Positions 16,567-24,143 are shown, counted from the first letter of the stretch. The stretch is 32,776 bases of DNA from Acutalibacteraceae bacterium (GCA_045121735.1 JBGVGP010000202.1:1-32776), one strand, 5' to 3'. The notes: a model not told the origin generated them from the sequence alone. Made by a program: numbers and translations.

Positions 16567-16620
16567 CCTCGGCTCTCCATTTGGGAGAGCTGTCAAAATC
16601 AAAGATTTTGACTGAGAGGG
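16567..16620 (+). repeat. Hairpin + GTCAAAATC palindrome + mirror purine module, copy 1
   Basis: GCTCTCC-atttg-GGAGAGC, then T GTCAAAATC-aaa-GATTTTGAC T GAGAGGG. Confidence 0.85.
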
Positions 16621-16652
16621 CATACAGTTTTCCAACACGAAAATATCAACCG

Positions 16653-16685
16653 TAAAAAAACGCACCGAAAAATCGGTGCGTTTTC
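16653..16685 (+). terminator. Terminator (ACGCACCGA family, copy 2)
   Basis: ACGCACCGA-aaaa-TCGGTGCGT plus TTTT. Together with the following heptads it is about 98 percent identical to 13664-13719. Confidence 0.8.
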
Positions 16686-16686
16686 C

Positions 16687-16708
16687 TTACTACTTACTAC
16701 TTACTACT
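16687..16708 (-). repeat. Heptad array (TTACTAC x3)
   Basis: Identical to the array at 13698-13719. Confidence 0.8.
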
Positions 16709-16739
16709 AAAAAAACGCCCCATCAAGGGGCGTTTTTTT
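16708..16739 (-). terminator. Rubrerythrin terminator (bidirectional)
   Basis: ACGCCCC-atcaa-GGGGCGT flanked by A- and T-runs. Confidence 0.75.
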
Positions 16740-17271
16740 AATAATTCTCTTTTCTAACCTCGAAGTAGCTCTGAGGATGAGCGCATACGGGGCAAACCTC
16801 GGGAGCCTTTTTACCCATTACAAGGTGTCCGCAGTTACGGCATTCCCACATGGTCTCCTCGCTCTTTTCAAATACTGCCTTCATCTCAACGTTGTTAAGA
16901 AGTGCACGGTATCTTTCCTCGTGGCTCTTTTCAATAGCAGCAACCATTCTGAACTTGTTTGCAAGGTCTGTAAAGCCTTCTTCCTCAGCCTCATCAGCAA
17001 ACTTTGCATACATGTCAGTCCACTCGTAGTTTTCACCTGCTGCAGCTGCTGCAAGGTTTTCTGCTGTGTTACCAAGCTCACCGAGAGCCTTGAACCACAT
17101 TTTTGCGTGCTCCTTTTCGTTGTTTGCAGTTGCTTCAAAAATAGCGGCAATCTGCTGATAGCCTTCCTTTTTTGCTACGGAAGCAAAGTAGGTGTACTTG
17201 TTTCTTGCCTGTGATTCACCTGCAAAGGCCTCCATAAGATTTTTTTCGGTTTTTGTACCTTTAAGATTCAT
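16738..17271 (-). CDS. rbr: Rubrerythrin
   Basis: Ferritin-like di-iron domain ([30 protein letters not shown]) plus a C-terminal rubredoxin CRNCGH...CPVCAHP. Confidence 0.9.
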   Translation of the reverse strand: MNLKGTKTEKNLMEAFAGESQARNKYTYFASVAKKEGYQQIAAIFEATANNEKEHAKMWFKALGELGNTAENLAAAAAGENYEWTDMYAKFADEAEEEGFTDLANKFRMVAAIEKSHEERYRALLNNVEMKAVFEKSEETMWECRNCGHLVMGKKAPEVCPVCAHPQSYFEVRKENY

Positions 17272-17301
17272 AGTTGTTTCCTCCTTGTTTTCTTTGTAAA
17301 A

Positions 17302-17330
17302 ATAATATCATCAGAACACAGTTTTGTCAA
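17302..17330 (-). promoter_or_regulatory. Promoter of rubrerythrin
   Basis: Minus strand TTGACA-17 nt-TATTAT. Confidence 0.6.
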
Positions 17331-17385
17331 TTCGCTTTTTGTTTATTCATAAAGTTTTTTATAATGAAAAAATGACAATAAACAG

Positions 17386-17414
17386 TTGAACAAAGGTCAA
17401 TAATATGGTAATAT
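17386..17414 (+). promoter_or_regulatory. Promoter of the ABC-F gene
   Basis: TTGAAC-17 nt-TAATAT. Confidence 0.5.
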
Positions 17415-17455
17415 GAATTTGTATGCAAAAAAATTAAAGTGAGGTCAGTTATAAA

Positions 17456-19057
17456 ATGATTAGTACAAATAACGTAACTCTGCAGTACGGTGGCAGAGAG
17501 CTTTTCAAAAGCGTTTCAATCAACTTTACAAAGGGCAACTGCTACGGTCTTATCGGTGCCAACGGCGCAGGTAAAAGTACCTTTTTAAAGATTCTTTCAG
17601 GTGAAATTGAGCCTAACAAGGGCTATGTTACAATCACTCCCGGTGAAAGACTTTCTGTTTTAAAGCAGGACCACTACGCTTATGATGAATACGATGTAAT
17701 AAGAACAGTGCTTATGGGTAACCCCAAGCTTGTTGAAATTATGGACGCCAAGGAGGAGCTTTACTCAAAAGAGGAGTTCACCGAGGAGGACGGCATAAGA
17801 ATCAGCGAGCTTGAAGAGGAGTTTGCAGAAATGGACGGCTGGAGTGCCGAAAGTGATGCGGAAATTCTTCTCAACGCCCTGGGCATTCATAACGAATTCC
17901 ACTACTCTCTTATGAAGGATTTAAGCGGTGACCAGAAGGTTAAGGTGCTTCTTGCACAGGCTCTTTTCGGCAACCCCGATATTCTTCTTCTTGACGAGCC
18001 TACCAACCATCTTGACGTTGCGGCTATCAACTGGCTTGAGGAATTCCTCATGAATTTTGAAAACACCGTTATCGTTGTCAGCCATGACAGACACTTTCTC
18101 AACAAGGTCTGCACACATATTGCTGACTGTGACTTCGGCAAAATCACAATGTACGTAGGTAACTACGATTTCTGGTACGAATATACCCAGATGGCACAGC
18201 GTCAGCTTCGTGAGCAGAACAAGAAAACCGAAGCGAAGATGAAGGAGCTTCAGGAATTCATTGCACGCTTCAGTGCTAACGCTTCAAAATCAAAGCAGGC
18301 AACAAGCCGTAAAAAGCTGCTTGATAACCTCGTATTAGAGGATATGCCCGTTTCCTCAAGACGCTTCCCCTTTGTTGAATTCAAGCCCGACAGAGAAATC
18401 GGTAACGATATGCTTACGGTTGAGGGACTTACCAAAACCGTCGGCGACAGAAAGGTGCTCGACAACGTTTCATTTACAATAAGACCTAACGAAAAGGTTG
18501 CCTTTGTAGGTACCGATGCCGTTGCAAAGACCACACTTTTCAAAATTCTTATGGGTGAGCTTGAGCCCGACGAGGGTAGCTTCAAGTGGGGCGTTACAAC
18601 CTCACAGGCTTACTTCCCCGCTGATAACTCTGCCTTCTTTGACGACGTTGAGGACAGCCTTATCGACTGGGTAAGAAGCTATTCCGACCTTCAGTTTGAA
18701 ACTGATGTAAGAGGCTGGCTCGGCAGACTTATGTTCTCCGGTGAAGAGGCAACCAAAAAGGCAAAGGTTCTTTCCGGCGGTGAAAGAGTGCGCTGTATGC
18801 TTTGCAAAATGATGCTTTCAGGTGCAAACGTGCTTATTCTTGACGAGCCCACCAACCACCTTGACCTTGAGTCTATCACTGCGCTCAACAACGCTCTTAT
18901 CAAATTCAAGGGTGCTCTTCTTTTCACCTCACACGACCATCAGTTTGTTCAGTCAATTGCTGACAGAATTATTGAAATCCGTCCCGACGGACTTTATGAC
19001 CGCAAGGAAACCTACGACGAATTCCTTGAAAACAACGAATTGCTTATCACTAAATAA
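17456..19057 (+). CDS. ABC-F family ATPase (YbiT-like size class)
   Basis: 533 aa with two NBDs and no TM domain. NBD1 has GANGAGKST / LSGDQ / LLLDEPTNHLD. NBD2 has GTDAVAKTT / LSGGER / LILDEPTNHLD. A charged linker lies between them. Confidence 0.9.
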   Translation: MISTNNVTLQYGGRELFKSVSINFTKGNCYGLIGANGAGKSTFLKILSGEIEPNKGYVTITPGERLSVLKQDHYAYDEYDVIRTVLMGNPKLVEIMDAKEELYSKEEFTEEDGIRISELEEEFAEMDGWSAESDAEILLNALGIHNEFHYSLMKDLSGDQKVKVLLAQALFGNPDILLLDEPTNHLDVAAINWLEEFLMNFENTVIVVSHDRHFLNKVCTHIADCDFGKITMYVGNYDFWYEYTQMAQRQLREQNKKTEAKMKELQEFIARFSANASKSKQATSRKKLLDNLVLEDMPVSSRRFPFVEFKPDREIGNDMLTVEGLTKTVGDRKVLDNVSFTIRPNEKVAFVGTDAVAKTTLFKILMGELEPDEGSFKWGVTTSQAYFPADNSAFFDDVEDSLIDWVRSYSDLQFETDVRGWLGRLMFSGEEATKKAKVLSGGERVRCMLCKMMLSGANVLILDEPTNHLDLESITALNNALIKFKGALLFTSHDHQFVQSIADRIIEIRPDGLYDRKETYDEFLENNELLITK

Positions 19058-19068
19058 GAGGTGCTTTT

Positions 19069-19764
19069 ATGATTTATGTAATGGGAGACATTCACGGCTG
19101 CAAGGACAAATACGACGAAATGCTCGAAAAGCTTTCACCGGGGGAGCATGACGCAGTTTTTCTTCTGGGTGATGTTATTGATGTAGGTGATGACGGTATT
19201 GAAATACTGAACGATATGATGTACCGTGCAAACATTTATCCTATCCTCGGCGAAAGAGAATACTATGCAAAAAAATTCCTGCCCCTTATTGCACAAAAGG
19301 GCAGTGCCGAAAAGGCTCTTGAATCACTTGACGGTGAGGATAAGGAAATGCTTTCAGCATGGCTCTCAATGAAAAGTGAAAAAACAATCGAGGACTTTCT
19401 TAAGCTTGATGATGAGGGCAAGGAAGCAATTCTCGAATTTCTTGAGGAGTTTGCAGTATTTGAGGAAATTGACTGCAACGGTAAAAAATTCCTTCTCACC
19501 CACGCAGGTATAGACAATCACGATGAGCTTGACCTTTACGAGCATATGGAAGAGGATTTTATTTTTGCAAAAACAGATTATAACAAAATATACTTCCCCA
19601 ACGCTTATCTTGTAACAGGTCACACACCCACCGTTGCAATAGGCAAGGAATATGCAGGTAAGGTTTACGCTAAAAAGCGTCACCTTGCCCTTGACTGCGG
19701 TGCTGCCTTCGGCGGCAGACTTGCGGCAGTCTGCCTTGATACACTTAAGGTAAGCTACTGCTGA
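19069..19764 (+). CDS. Metallophosphoesterase (PPP-family Ser/Thr phosphatase-like)
   Basis: GDIHG, GDVIDVGD and GHTP motifs. Lies 11 nt downstream of the ABC-F gene. Confidence 0.75.
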   Translation: MIYVMGDIHGCKDKYDEMLEKLSPGEHDAVFLLGDVIDVGDDGIEILNDMMYRANIYPILGEREYYAKKFLPLIAQKGSAEKALESLDGEDKEMLSAWLSMKSEKTIEDFLKLDDEGKEAILEFLEEFAVFEEIDCNGKKFLLTHAGIDNHDELDLYEHMEEDFIFAKTDYNKIYFPNAYLVTGHTPTVAIGKEYAGKVYAKKRHLALDCGAAFGGRLAAVCLDTLKVSYC

Positions 19765-19766
19765 TT

Positions 19767-19805
19767 TAGTAGTCAGTAGTCAGTAGCCAGTAGTCAGGAG
19801 TCAGG
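19767..19805 (+). repeat. Heptad array (AGTCAGT type)
   Basis: TAGT AGTCAGT AGTCAGT AGCCAGT AGTCAGG AGTCAGG, starting 3 nt after the stop at 19762-19764. Confidence 0.85.
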
Positions 19806-19831
19806 AAACCGCCCGAAAGGGCGGTTTTTTT
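19806..19831 (+). terminator. Terminator (ACCGCCC-N4-GGGCGGT family)
   Basis: AAACCGCCC-gaaa-GGGCGGTTTTTTT. Confidence 0.85.
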
Positions 19832-19863
19832 GTGGATTTTTTCAGATTTTTTCAAAAAAATTA

Positions 19864-19894
19864 TTGACATTTACCTTAGGTTAAACTGTAATAT
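19864..19894 (+). promoter_or_regulatory. Promoter with a 19-nt spacer upstream of the MerR-like gene
   Basis: TTGACA (19864-19869), 19 nt containing the dyad ACCT-T-AGGT, TAATAT (19889-19894). Confidence 0.45.
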
Positions 19895-19929
19895 AAGTGT
19901 ACCGAAATACAAAAAAGGGGTGCATTTTT

Positions 19930-21213
19930 ATGAAAATGAAGGACGTTATAGCCCTTACGGGTCTTACCGACCGTGCTATAAGACTCTACATTGAAAACGG
20001 ACTTGTTTCTCCGTCGTGCATAGAATCCTACTCGGGAAGAAAAAACATTGACTTTACCGAGGATGATGTTACAGAGCTTTGTAACATTGCTATTCTCCGT
20101 AAGGTAGGCTTTTCTATAAACGAAATCAAACAGCTTCGCCTTGACGAGGAAAGCTGCCGTAAGGTGCTTACCGAATTTATGAGTAAAACCTCTGAACGGA
20201 TAAAAAACGACAAAGAGGTGCTTGAAAAGCTTAAAGCCGTGGCTGAGAGCGAAACCGTTACCTTAAAAAAAATCTGTGAAAGCCTTAACAGTGTTACAAA
20301 AGAAAAAGAAGTACCTAAATCTGATACAAAATTCAGTTTTGCAGAGAAATTTGAAAAGCGTTTTTTTACTGTTTTAGCTTCGGTTGGTCTTATTTATATT
20401 TTCGGCTGTATTGTGTACAGTGTTCTTATCTGTGTGTTCAATTTTGATTATCTCTATCCTACAGTAAGAGCCTTTGATTTTTATTTCTTCGCAAAGCTTT
20501 TTATTGTTGTGTTTGTCGTTGCAAGCTGTGTGTATTTTCTTTATACCTACCGCAGAAGAATACTGTCTGACGATAGAAAAAAACGGCTCATAAGCCACAC
20601 TGTTCTCTCGGTATTCTGCACTTTTTTATGCTGGTGCTTTTTCTTCTGCACACTTTGGTCTGTATTTTCACCCAACGCCTGCTCAAAAACAACATCGCCG
20701 AAAAATTATCTTGTACTTGACGAATATGCAGAGAGTAAAGAAATAACGGAGTTTTTCCCTTATGAAATAGACGGCTATGCAACTAACAGCCACGGCGGCA
20801 ACGATTTGCTGATTGATTTTCCCGACACTTATCCTGACACTACAAAATATTACTATAAATACTTCCGCGACGGTTTCGGCGGCGATGTGTTTACGGAAAT
20901 AACTGCCGAATGGAAGCTTCTTGAAAAATACAAAAAGTATGATGATTACCTTTACCGATACAATCAGCACAAGAAAAAATACCTTAGTCCGGAATTCGGA
21001 AAGCCCGTTACCGTAAAAACAAGGGATGACTGGCAGCTGATTTATTATGATGATGTTTCCGAGGATAACTGGAATAAAAATTACAGCTACAGAATTTTTG
21101 CATACAACGAGAAAACAAAAACGGTACGTTTTATTTACGCCTCGCGGTACATAAAAGACCACATTGAAGAGGGCAAAGAGATTGTACCGAATTTTATGAG
21201 CTTTGAATGGTAA
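19930..21213 (+). CDS. Membrane-anchored MerR-family HTH protein
   Basis: From the ATG at 19930 (RBS AAAGGGGTG): MerR HTH MKMKDVIALTGLTDRAIRLYIENGL, a coiled region, three TM helices, then a ~170-aa Tyr/Asp/Lys-rich C-terminal domain. Confidence 0.7.
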   Translation: MKMKDVIALTGLTDRAIRLYIENGLVSPSCIESYSGRKNIDFTEDDVTELCNIAILRKVGFSINEIKQLRLDEESCRKVLTEFMSKTSERIKNDKEVLEKLKAVAESETVTLKKICESLNSVTKEKEVPKSDTKFSFAEKFEKRFFTVLASVGLIYIFGCIVYSVLICVFNFDYLYPTVRAFDFYFFAKLFIVVFVVASCVYFLYTYRRRILSDDRKKRLISHTVLSVFCTFLCWCFFFCTLWSVFSPNACSKTTSPKNYLVLDEYAESKEITEFFPYEIDGYATNSHGGNDLLIDFPDTYPDTTKYYYKYFRDGFGGDVFTEITAEWKLLEKYKKYDDYLYRYNQHKKKYLSPEFGKPVTVKTRDDWQLIYYDDVSEDNWNKNYSYRIFAYNEKTKTVRFIYASRYIKDHIEEGKEIVPNFMSFEW

Positions 21214-21237
21214 AAAGATGCAGTGATGCTGAATATA

Positions 21238-21271
21238 CAAAAAGCAGGCGTTTTCGTAACACCTGCTTTTA
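21238..21271. terminator. Bidirectional terminator between convergent genes
   Basis: AAAGCAGG-13-nt loop-CCTGCTTT flanked by A- and T-runs. Confidence 0.55.
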
Positions 21272-21299
21272 ATGTTATATATCTTTCTGTACTGTCGCC

Positions 21300-22412
21300 T
21301 TACATCATTGACGAAACCAACATCGACAGAAGCTGATTTGCAAAATATGCCGCAAAAGCAATAAAAATTGAAGCGCCGCCGTTTTTAACAATATAACGCA
21401 TTGCTGACGGCTTGTCACTCATCGCCTCAATACCCCTGACGTGACTTATAACGTGCTTTTTGTAAATGACGTTTGCCACAAGAGCGCAGATAAGCTGAAG
21501 TAAAACTGTAGCAAAAAAGTAAATTGCCATAGGAATTGATGCAGCCGTAAGCTCGGCAAAAATTTCGTTGAACTGTGCCTCGGTCATTGTGCCCGATTCA
21601 GCAAGGGGTGCAAGCTTTTCAAAAACCTCAAGCATACCGTAAAGATAGGGTGTAATAATTATGCTCAGTGCAAGCGATGCAGTCATTACTACAATACCTG
21701 CCTTGTATAGCTTACGGTAGAAGAACCAGTAGGCACCGAAGAAGAACGCGGCAAAGTTGAAGCTTATCTTCCTGCCTCTTTGCATTTTCTTGAACCTTGC
21801 AATATAGCTCATAGCGTTTGAGCCTATGAAGTTGCCGACGTTGTTTGTCATTACGCCGTCAATTTCATCCGTTACAGGGAAGGGGCCGCCGAGGTTGAGT
21901 CTTGAAGCCTCATTGCCCTGAGCGTCAGTATTTCCCGTAAGCACATCAATAAGCTTCTGCTGTACCTGCTGTGCAGTATCGGGCTTTTCTTCCTCTTCCT
22001 TTTTCTCAAAGGCCTCACCCTCGCCGAGAGTAAAGGGTGCCTCGTAATCGGGTATGTCTCTGTTAGGATTGATAGCCCTCTGCTCTTCCTTATGCATTGC
22101 ATCAACAACGTTCATACCGAAAAGGGTGAACTTCATTCCGCACTGCTTGCATACGGGTGTGCCTACGGGGTTGTCATAGCCGCAGTTAGGGCAGCTTGCT
22201 GTCTCTCTTTTTTCTGCGGGAAGAGCTGCTTCGTTTTTTACTATTCCCTGCCAGGTATAGCCGTCACCGTGCATATGTGCGCAAACGCAACGGTCTTCCC
22301 TTTCATAGCATTCTCTGTGCTGAGGTGTGCCGCATTCGGGGCATACAACAACGTCATCTCCGTCTTCAAAGGGGCGGTTACAGCCCTGACAGAGGTTTCC
22401 TGTATATTTCAT
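21300..22412 (-). CDS. Zinc-ribbon protein with DUF2628-like membrane domain
   Basis: 370 aa. N-terminal CQGC...CPEC...H..C cysteine cluster, a second ribbon CPNC...CKQC, then FNFAAFFFGAYWFFYRKLYKAG and TM helices. Confidence 0.6.
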   Translation of the reverse strand: MKYTGNLCQGCNRPFEDGDDVVVCPECGTPQHRECYEREDRCVCAHMHGDGYTWQGIVKNEAALPAEKRETASCPNCGYDNPVGTPVCKQCGMKFTLFGMNVVDAMHKEEQRAINPNRDIPDYEAPFTLGEGEAFEKKEEEEKPDTAQQVQQKLIDVLTGNTDAQGNEASRLNLGGPFPVTDEIDGVMTNNVGNFIGSNAMSYIARFKKMQRGRKISFNFAAFFFGAYWFFYRKLYKAGIVVMTASLALSIIITPYLYGMLEVFEKLAPLAESGTMTEAQFNEIFAELTAASIPMAIYFFATVLLQLICALVANVIYKKHVISHVRGIEAMSDKPSAMRYIVKNGGASIFIAFAAYFANQLLSMLVSSMM

Positions 22413-22521
22413 AAATAACTCCTTTTAAATAAGTCTTTGAATATTATTTTACGGTAATATATAGAATAATACTACTTTTACCGATTAATTGCAACAGTTT
22501 GAACTTTTTTCCTTAAAGGTG

Positions 22522-22549
22522 TTGCCCTTTACAAATAAATGTGTATAAT
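22522..22549 (+). promoter_or_regulatory. Promoter about 270 nt upstream of prfB
   Basis: TTGCCC (22522-22527), 16 nt, TATAAT (22544-22549). No better promoter is seen closer to prfB. Confidence 0.45.
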
Positions 22550-22582
22550 GTATAAGGTGGAATAAGGCGAAAGCCCAAGCTA

Positions 22583-22631
22583 AATTCGGAATTCAAAATT
22601 CGGAATTCAAAATTCGGAATTCGGAATTAAC
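22583..22631 (+). repeat. Heptad array (AATTCGG / AATTCAA, 7 units)
   Basis: AATTCGG AATTCAA AATTCGG AATTCAA AATTCGG AATTCGG AATTAAC. An inverted partner ATTCCGAATTC lies at 22741-22751. Confidence 0.85.
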
Positions 22632-22824
22632 TCCAATGAAGATTGTTTTTACAAGTCGGAATAAGAAATCGTATATCAGCTATATCAATACACATATAAA
22701 CGCAGCGGAGCGACCCTTCATTCCAAATTTCTGATTACGCATTCCGAATTCAGATAACAATCTGTATTTTAAAATAGTAGTTGACCTATAAATAAACTTA
22801 AAAATTCCCGAAAGGATGAGAAAG

Positions 22825-23946
22825 ATGGTTCAGTTTGAAGAATTAAGATTGAGACTTCTTGAAAGCGAAAAGCCTCTCAAGGAGCTTGCTTCTGCACTCG
22901 GCCTTGAAGAGATGGCAAAGGAGGTTGCCACCCTTGAGGAGCAGACTGCTGCAGAGGATTTCTGGGGTGACCTTGCAAATTCACAGAAGGTGCTTCAGCG
23001 CATTGCTGCACTTAAAAACAAAATCAAGGCATACGAGGACCTTACAACAGCCTTTGACGATGCCCTTGTTATGATTGAGCTTTCCGACGAGGAGGGTGAC
23101 CTTGAGCTTCTTCCCGAATGTGAGGAAAGCGTAAAGGCCGTTGAGGACGAGCTTGACAAGCAGACTCTTGCAACACTCCTTTCAGGCGAATACGATAACA
23201 ATAACGCTATTCTTAACTTCCACGCAGGTGCAGGCGGTACCGAAGCACAGGACTGGTGTCAGATGCTTTTCAGAATGTACGGTCAGTGGGCAACAAAGCA
23301 CGGCTTTAAGTTTACAACCGTTGACTTCCTTGACGGTGACGAAGCAGGTCTTAAATCTGCAACAGTTGTTATTGAAGGCGAAAACGCTTACGGCTATCTC
23401 AAGGGTGAGATGGGTGTTCACCGTCTTGTACGTGTTTCTCCCTTCGACTCATCAGGACGCCGTCACACCTCCTTTGCTTCACTTGAGGTTATGCCCGAAA
23501 TCGACGATACCGTTGAGGTAGAAATCCGTGAAGAGGATATCAAGATGGAGGTTTACCGTGCTTCAGGTGCAGGCGGACAGAAGGTTAACAAAACCTCATC
23601 AGCCGTTCGACTTATCCACGAGCCTACAGGCATTGTTGTTTCCTGCCAGGTTGAAAGAAGCCAGCATCAGAACAGAGAAGTTTGTATGAAGATGCTCAAG
23701 TCCAAGCTTATCGAAATCAAGGAAAGAGAGCATCTTGACAAGATTGAGGATATCAAGGGCGAGCAGAAGGAAATCGGCTGGGGCAGCCAGATCCGTTCCT
23801 ACGTATTTATGCCCTACACCCTTGCAAAGGACCACAGAACAGGCTTTGAAATGGGTAACATCAACGCTGTTATGGACGGCGATATTGACGGCTTTATCAA
23901 CGCATATCTTAAAAAGCAGTCCCTTGATGCACTCAGTGCTGAGTAA
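22825..23946 (+). CDS. prfB: Peptide chain release factor 2
   Basis: SPF tripeptide (RVSPFDS) and GGQ (SGAGGQKVN). The whole N-terminal domain is in the same frame. Start is 22825 (or 22816). Confidence 0.9.
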   Translation: MVQFEELRLRLLESEKPLKELASALGLEEMAKEVATLEEQTAAEDFWGDLANSQKVLQRIAALKNKIKAYEDLTTAFDDALVMIELSDEEGDLELLPECEESVKAVEDELDKQTLATLLSGEYDNNNAILNFHAGAGGTEAQDWCQMLFRMYGQWATKHGFKFTTVDFLDGDEAGLKSATVVIEGENAYGYLKGEMGVHRLVRVSPFDSSGRRHTSFASLEVMPEIDDTVEVEIREEDIKMEVYRASGAGGQKVNKTSSAVRLIHEPTGIVVSCQVERSQHQNREVCMKMLKSKLIEIKEREHLDKIEDIKGEQKEIGWGSQIRSYVFMPYTLAKDHRTGFEMGNINAVMDGDIDGFINAYLKKQSLDALSAE

Positions 23947-23955
23947 GAGTAGGCC

Positions 23956-23982
23956 GTAGGGTACGCCCTGTGTGGCGTACCG
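23956..23982 (+). repeat. GGTACGCC hairpin element, copy 1
   Basis: GTAG GGTACGCC ctgtgt GGCGTACC G. Matches the reverse complement of 30665-30691 at 26 of 27 positions. Confidence 0.85.
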
Positions 23983-24002
23983 CAAGCAAACAGTAATAAG
24001 TA

Positions 24003-24036
24003 GTCACGCGCGAGTAAATTCGTGCGTGACTTTTTG
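24003..24036 (+). terminator. prfB terminator (GTCACGCGCGA family, copy 1)
   Basis: GTCACGCGCGA-gtaaat-TCGTGCGTGAC plus TTTTT. Confidence 0.8.
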
Positions 24037-24094
24037 TTTTGCTCCGTGCGCGTCATAGAGTCGAGAGGTAACGCGTAGGGTACACTCTTGGTAA

Positions 24095-24140
24095 CTCCTT
24101 CCGTCACCCTTCGGGTGCCACCTTCCTCAAAGAGGAAGGC
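24095..24140 (+). repeat. Y-hairpin-Y'-R element, copy 2
   Basis: CTCCTTCC GT CACCC-ttc-GGGTG CCA CCTTCCTC aaa GAGGAAGG. Confidence 0.85.
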
Positions 24141-24143
24141 TTT

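Noticed and set aside
16303-16665. Track ORFs 16303-16611 (+, 102 aa) and 16360-16665 (-, 101 aa) spanning the queH-rbr spacer.
   Set aside because: They run through the heptad array, the Y-Y'-R element, the palindrome module and a terminator. They have no RBS and a low-complexity, repeat-derived sequence. They are open only because the repeats are poor in stop codons.
20683-21240. 185-aa minus-strand ORF antisense to the MerR-like gene. Other long antisense ORFs are 26019-26585 (-), 1601-2080 (+), 3163-3546 (+), 5330-5870 (+), 16777-17214 (+), 18250-18585 (-) and 11546-11947 (-).
   Set aside because: Each lies wholly inside, or mostly overlaps, a well-supported gene on the other strand. They have no RBS and an aberrant composition (Phe/Ile/Lys- or Ser-rich). 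These are typical shadow ORFs.
22583-22631. The cluster of GAATTC (EcoRI) sites in the AATTCGG/AATTCAA array, considered as a restriction-modification-related signal or cloning artefact.
   Set aside because: The sites are a by-product of the heptad unit sequence. No R-M genes are nearby, and the array fits the period-7 repeat family seen throughout the window.
22816-23946. Programmed +1 frameshift site (CTT TGA C) in prfB.
   Set aside because: The complete RF2, including the N-terminal ~25 residues, is in one frame, and no in-frame TGA is present. This is reported instead as the absence of the frameshift.
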